In this document: piece by piece, positions 62,472 through 64,000 of the stretch
Layout of the letters: each line of letters begins with the position of its first letter
Position numbering within the stretch: position 1 is the stretch's first letter
Origin: Candidatus Omnitrophota bacterium
Lineage (GTDB): Bacteria; Omnitrophota; Gorgyraeia; B26-G9
Assembly (NCBI GenBank): GCA_043826565.1
Contig: JBDRPX010000025.1
Location: 36,966 to 100,965 of the forward strand
Direction: 5' to 3'
DNA: 64,000 nt
The notes under the pieces: model-generated
Told to the model about the DNA's origin: nothing
Seen by the model: only the letters and a program-made list of their open reading frames with translations
Databases searched by the model: none
Position numbers and translations under genes: made by a program

Positions 62472-64000
62472 ATGCTGACTTTTTACAGAAGCTCTGTCGG
62501 ACTATACATAGGTCCTAAAGCGGTGCAATTGGCACAGTTAAAAGCTGTGGCCGGTCGCATTCAGCTTGTTAATTTCGTCCACATAGATATCCTCGAGGAC
62601 GAGGTTAGTTCTGATTCTACTGACAAAGAAGCATTGATTGTCAGTGCTCTCCGAAAAGCTGTTAATAAAACAAAAATTAATTTAAAAAAGGTTAATAGCG
62701 TACTTATGCCGGGTATGGTGCTTTTGCGCTATTTTCAAATGCCGCGGATATCTGCCGAGGAAATGGAAGAAGCGGTGCGGTTTGAAGCCAGAAAATATAT
62801 CCCGTTTCGCTTAGAAGAAGCGGTTACGGGATTTTATATTTTAAAGGACGATCATGAAAAAAGGAAAGTCGGGATTCTTTCTTTGGTTACTAAAGAAGAA
62901 TCTATCAAGCACCACTTAACAATTTTAAATAAAGTAAGTATTAGTCCTATCGCGGTTGAAACAGCCTCATTTGCCCTTATCCGTCTTTTAGAATATTCAC
63001 AGGAAATAGAAAAGGAAAAATCAAACGTAGTTATTTATCTGTATGCGCATCGGGTAAATATTGTGATATTAAAAAATGGCGTTCCTTATTTTGTCCGGGA
63101 TATTTCCTTAGGCCGGAAAGAGGAATGGATAGATGATGCTACAGCAGAATTGCTTGTCGGTGAGGGTGGCGAGATGGGCGACACTCAAATGGCAGTTCTT
63201 AATAATCTTTTGAGCGAACTGCGGATTTCCTTTGAATATTACAAGAAAGAGCTGGGAAAAGATGAAATTAATAAAGTGATCCTTTGCGGGGATACTGATG
63301 ACTTTGATGATTTAGATGAGATTAAAGCAGCTGGTCAAGAAAAACCGGATGCCGATTGTGCCCTAGCTGTTTATTTGCAAACTAAGCTTGATTTACCGGT
63401 GGTTACAATAGATCCTCTTAAGAACATTCAGAGCCCTAAAGCGAAACCGCTGCCTTATACTTTCCCGATGCTGGCGATTACTGTTGGTGCGGGCTTAAGA
63501 AATCTTTCTAAATCTACAGTGGAAATAGATTTATTCAAGGCTCGCAAGAAACCCAGCATGCGTAAGAAGATTTTTATTAACAAAATGGTTATTGTCGAAA
63601 CTGTTGCTTTGCTGGTAAGTTTAGTGATTCTGTTTTTTAGTTTTTCAATTTTTGTTTCTCGGGAAAAGAGTTTACTGGAAAAAGAAAAACAAAATCGTCC
63701 TAAATTTATGGATTTAAGCCATTTTACCCAGGATCAGCTCAATGAAGGGGAAAAGCAGATTATTAGTAGAGTTGAAGTTTATAATAAATTAAAGGTTAAG
63801 AGAACCTATGTTACTCATAAATTGAATGCTTTGCCGAAACTTTTACCGGGATCAGTCTGGCTGACGGAATTTGTTTATAGTGATCTAAAGCAGCCGGGCA
63901 AAGGAAAGATGGAAGAAAAAAAGTTGTTGGAAATCAGCGGGAATGTGTATACCCCTCATAAAGGAACAGAAGTTGAAGTTATTAATGAGTTAGCTGAAGA
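62472..64000 (+). CDS. pilM: Type IV pilus assembly PilM-PilN fusion protein, 3'-truncated by the window end
   Basis: The track did not list this ORF, so I translated it manually. The N-terminal ~350 aa are actin-like PilM (LYIGPKAVQLAQLK...RFEARKYIPF). A PilN-like TM helix (VIVETVALLVSLVILFFSF) and periplasmic region then continue with no stop to nt 64000. Confidence 0.7.
   Translation, partial: MLTFYRSSVGLYIGPKAVQLAQLKAVAGRIQLVNFVHIDILEDEVSSDSTDKEALIVSALRKAVNKTKINLKKVNSVLMPGMVLLRYFQMPRISAEEMEEAVRFEARKYIPFRLEEAVTGFYILKDDHEKRKVGILSLVTKEESIKHHLTILNKVSISPIAVETASFALIRLLEYSQEIEKEKSNVVIYLYAHRVNIVILKNGVPYFVRDISLGRKEEWIDDATAELLVGEGGEMGDTQMAVLNNLLSELRISFEYYKKELGKDEINKVILCGDTDDFDDLDEIKAAGQEKPDADCALAVYLQTKLDLPVVTIDPLKNIQSPKAKPLPYTFPMLAITVGAGLRNLSKSTVEIDLFKARKKPSMRKKIFINKMVIVETVALLVSLVILFFSFSIFVSREKSLLEKEKQNRPKFMDLSHFTQDQLNEGEKQIISRVEVYNKLKVKRTYVTHKLNALPKLLPGSVWLTEFVYSDLKQPGKGKMEEKKLLEISGNVYTPHKGTEVEVINELAE

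Noticed and set aside
1-64000. Transposase or integrase genes, tRNA or rRNA genes, or a prophage
   Set aside because: No ORF shows DDE, tyrosine or serine recombinase motifs. No cloverleaf-like tRNA sequences were noticed in intergenic regions. The gene content is metabolic and glycan-related throughout.

Overview
This is a 64 kb window of low-GC DNA (about 35-36% by eye, with a GC-rich ~250 nt island near 47.6-47.85 kb). Gene content and style point to an uncultivated-type bacterium, perhaps from a candidate phylum, but I cannot place it from sequence alone. All ~52 supportable genes are on the + strand, and the track's minus-strand ORFs all lie antisense inside longer genes.

The window has five blocks.

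(1) 1-3697: a 5'-truncated YdjC-family deacetylase and a 963-aa lipoprotein-anchored polytopic membrane protein.

(2) 3.7-47.5 kb: a ~44 kb surface-glycan biosynthesis locus. It contains:
- four cobalamin-binding radical SAM enzymes;
- at least five SAM methyltransferases, one fused to a GT4 glycosyltransferase;
- about nine glycosyltransferases;
- two Wzy/O-antigen-ligase-like proteins and a Wzx-like flippase;
- a PglC-type initiating phosphoglycosyl transferase and a CapD/PglF dehydratase;
- nucleotide-sugar modules for a UDP-2-acetamido-2,6-dideoxy-L-hexose (FnlA/WbvB-like, RmlD/WbvR-like, 2-epimerase, WbuB-like GT), UDP-xylose (ugd + uxs), and a CDP-3,6-dideoxyhexose (rfbF, rfbG, rfbH/ddhC, Tyv-like epimerase, plus a YerE-like thiamine-diphosphate enzyme that suggests a branched-chain sugar), plus rmlA and manC;
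- a second GT-C-like giant membrane protein.

(3) 47.5-48.6 kb: a GC-rich structured RNA with its own promoter and an intrinsic terminator. Its motifs match the GEMM / c-di-GMP-I riboswitch. It sits upstream of a type IV pilin gene that also has a near-consensus sigma70 promoter and terminator.

(4) 48.7-51.6 kb: a candidate novel module. A ParA/MinD ATPase is fused to a C-terminal CBM48 glycogen-binding domain. The next gene encodes a Walker-A-degenerate ParA/MinD-like protein with a ParB-like N-terminal LGKGL peptide. A small acidic protein follows, then PgeF, a DUF4912-like protein and a GH57 alpha-glucan enzyme.

(5) 55.8-64 kb: core genes uppS-cdsA-dxr-rseP-ispG-proS, then a pilM-pilN fusion running off the window.

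At least eight short heptanucleotide tandem-repeat arrays (3-5 units) recur in both intergenic and coding DNA. Phased TAATC/GATTA motif arrays with identical 9-11-9 spacing sit upstream of rmlA and of the GH57 gene.
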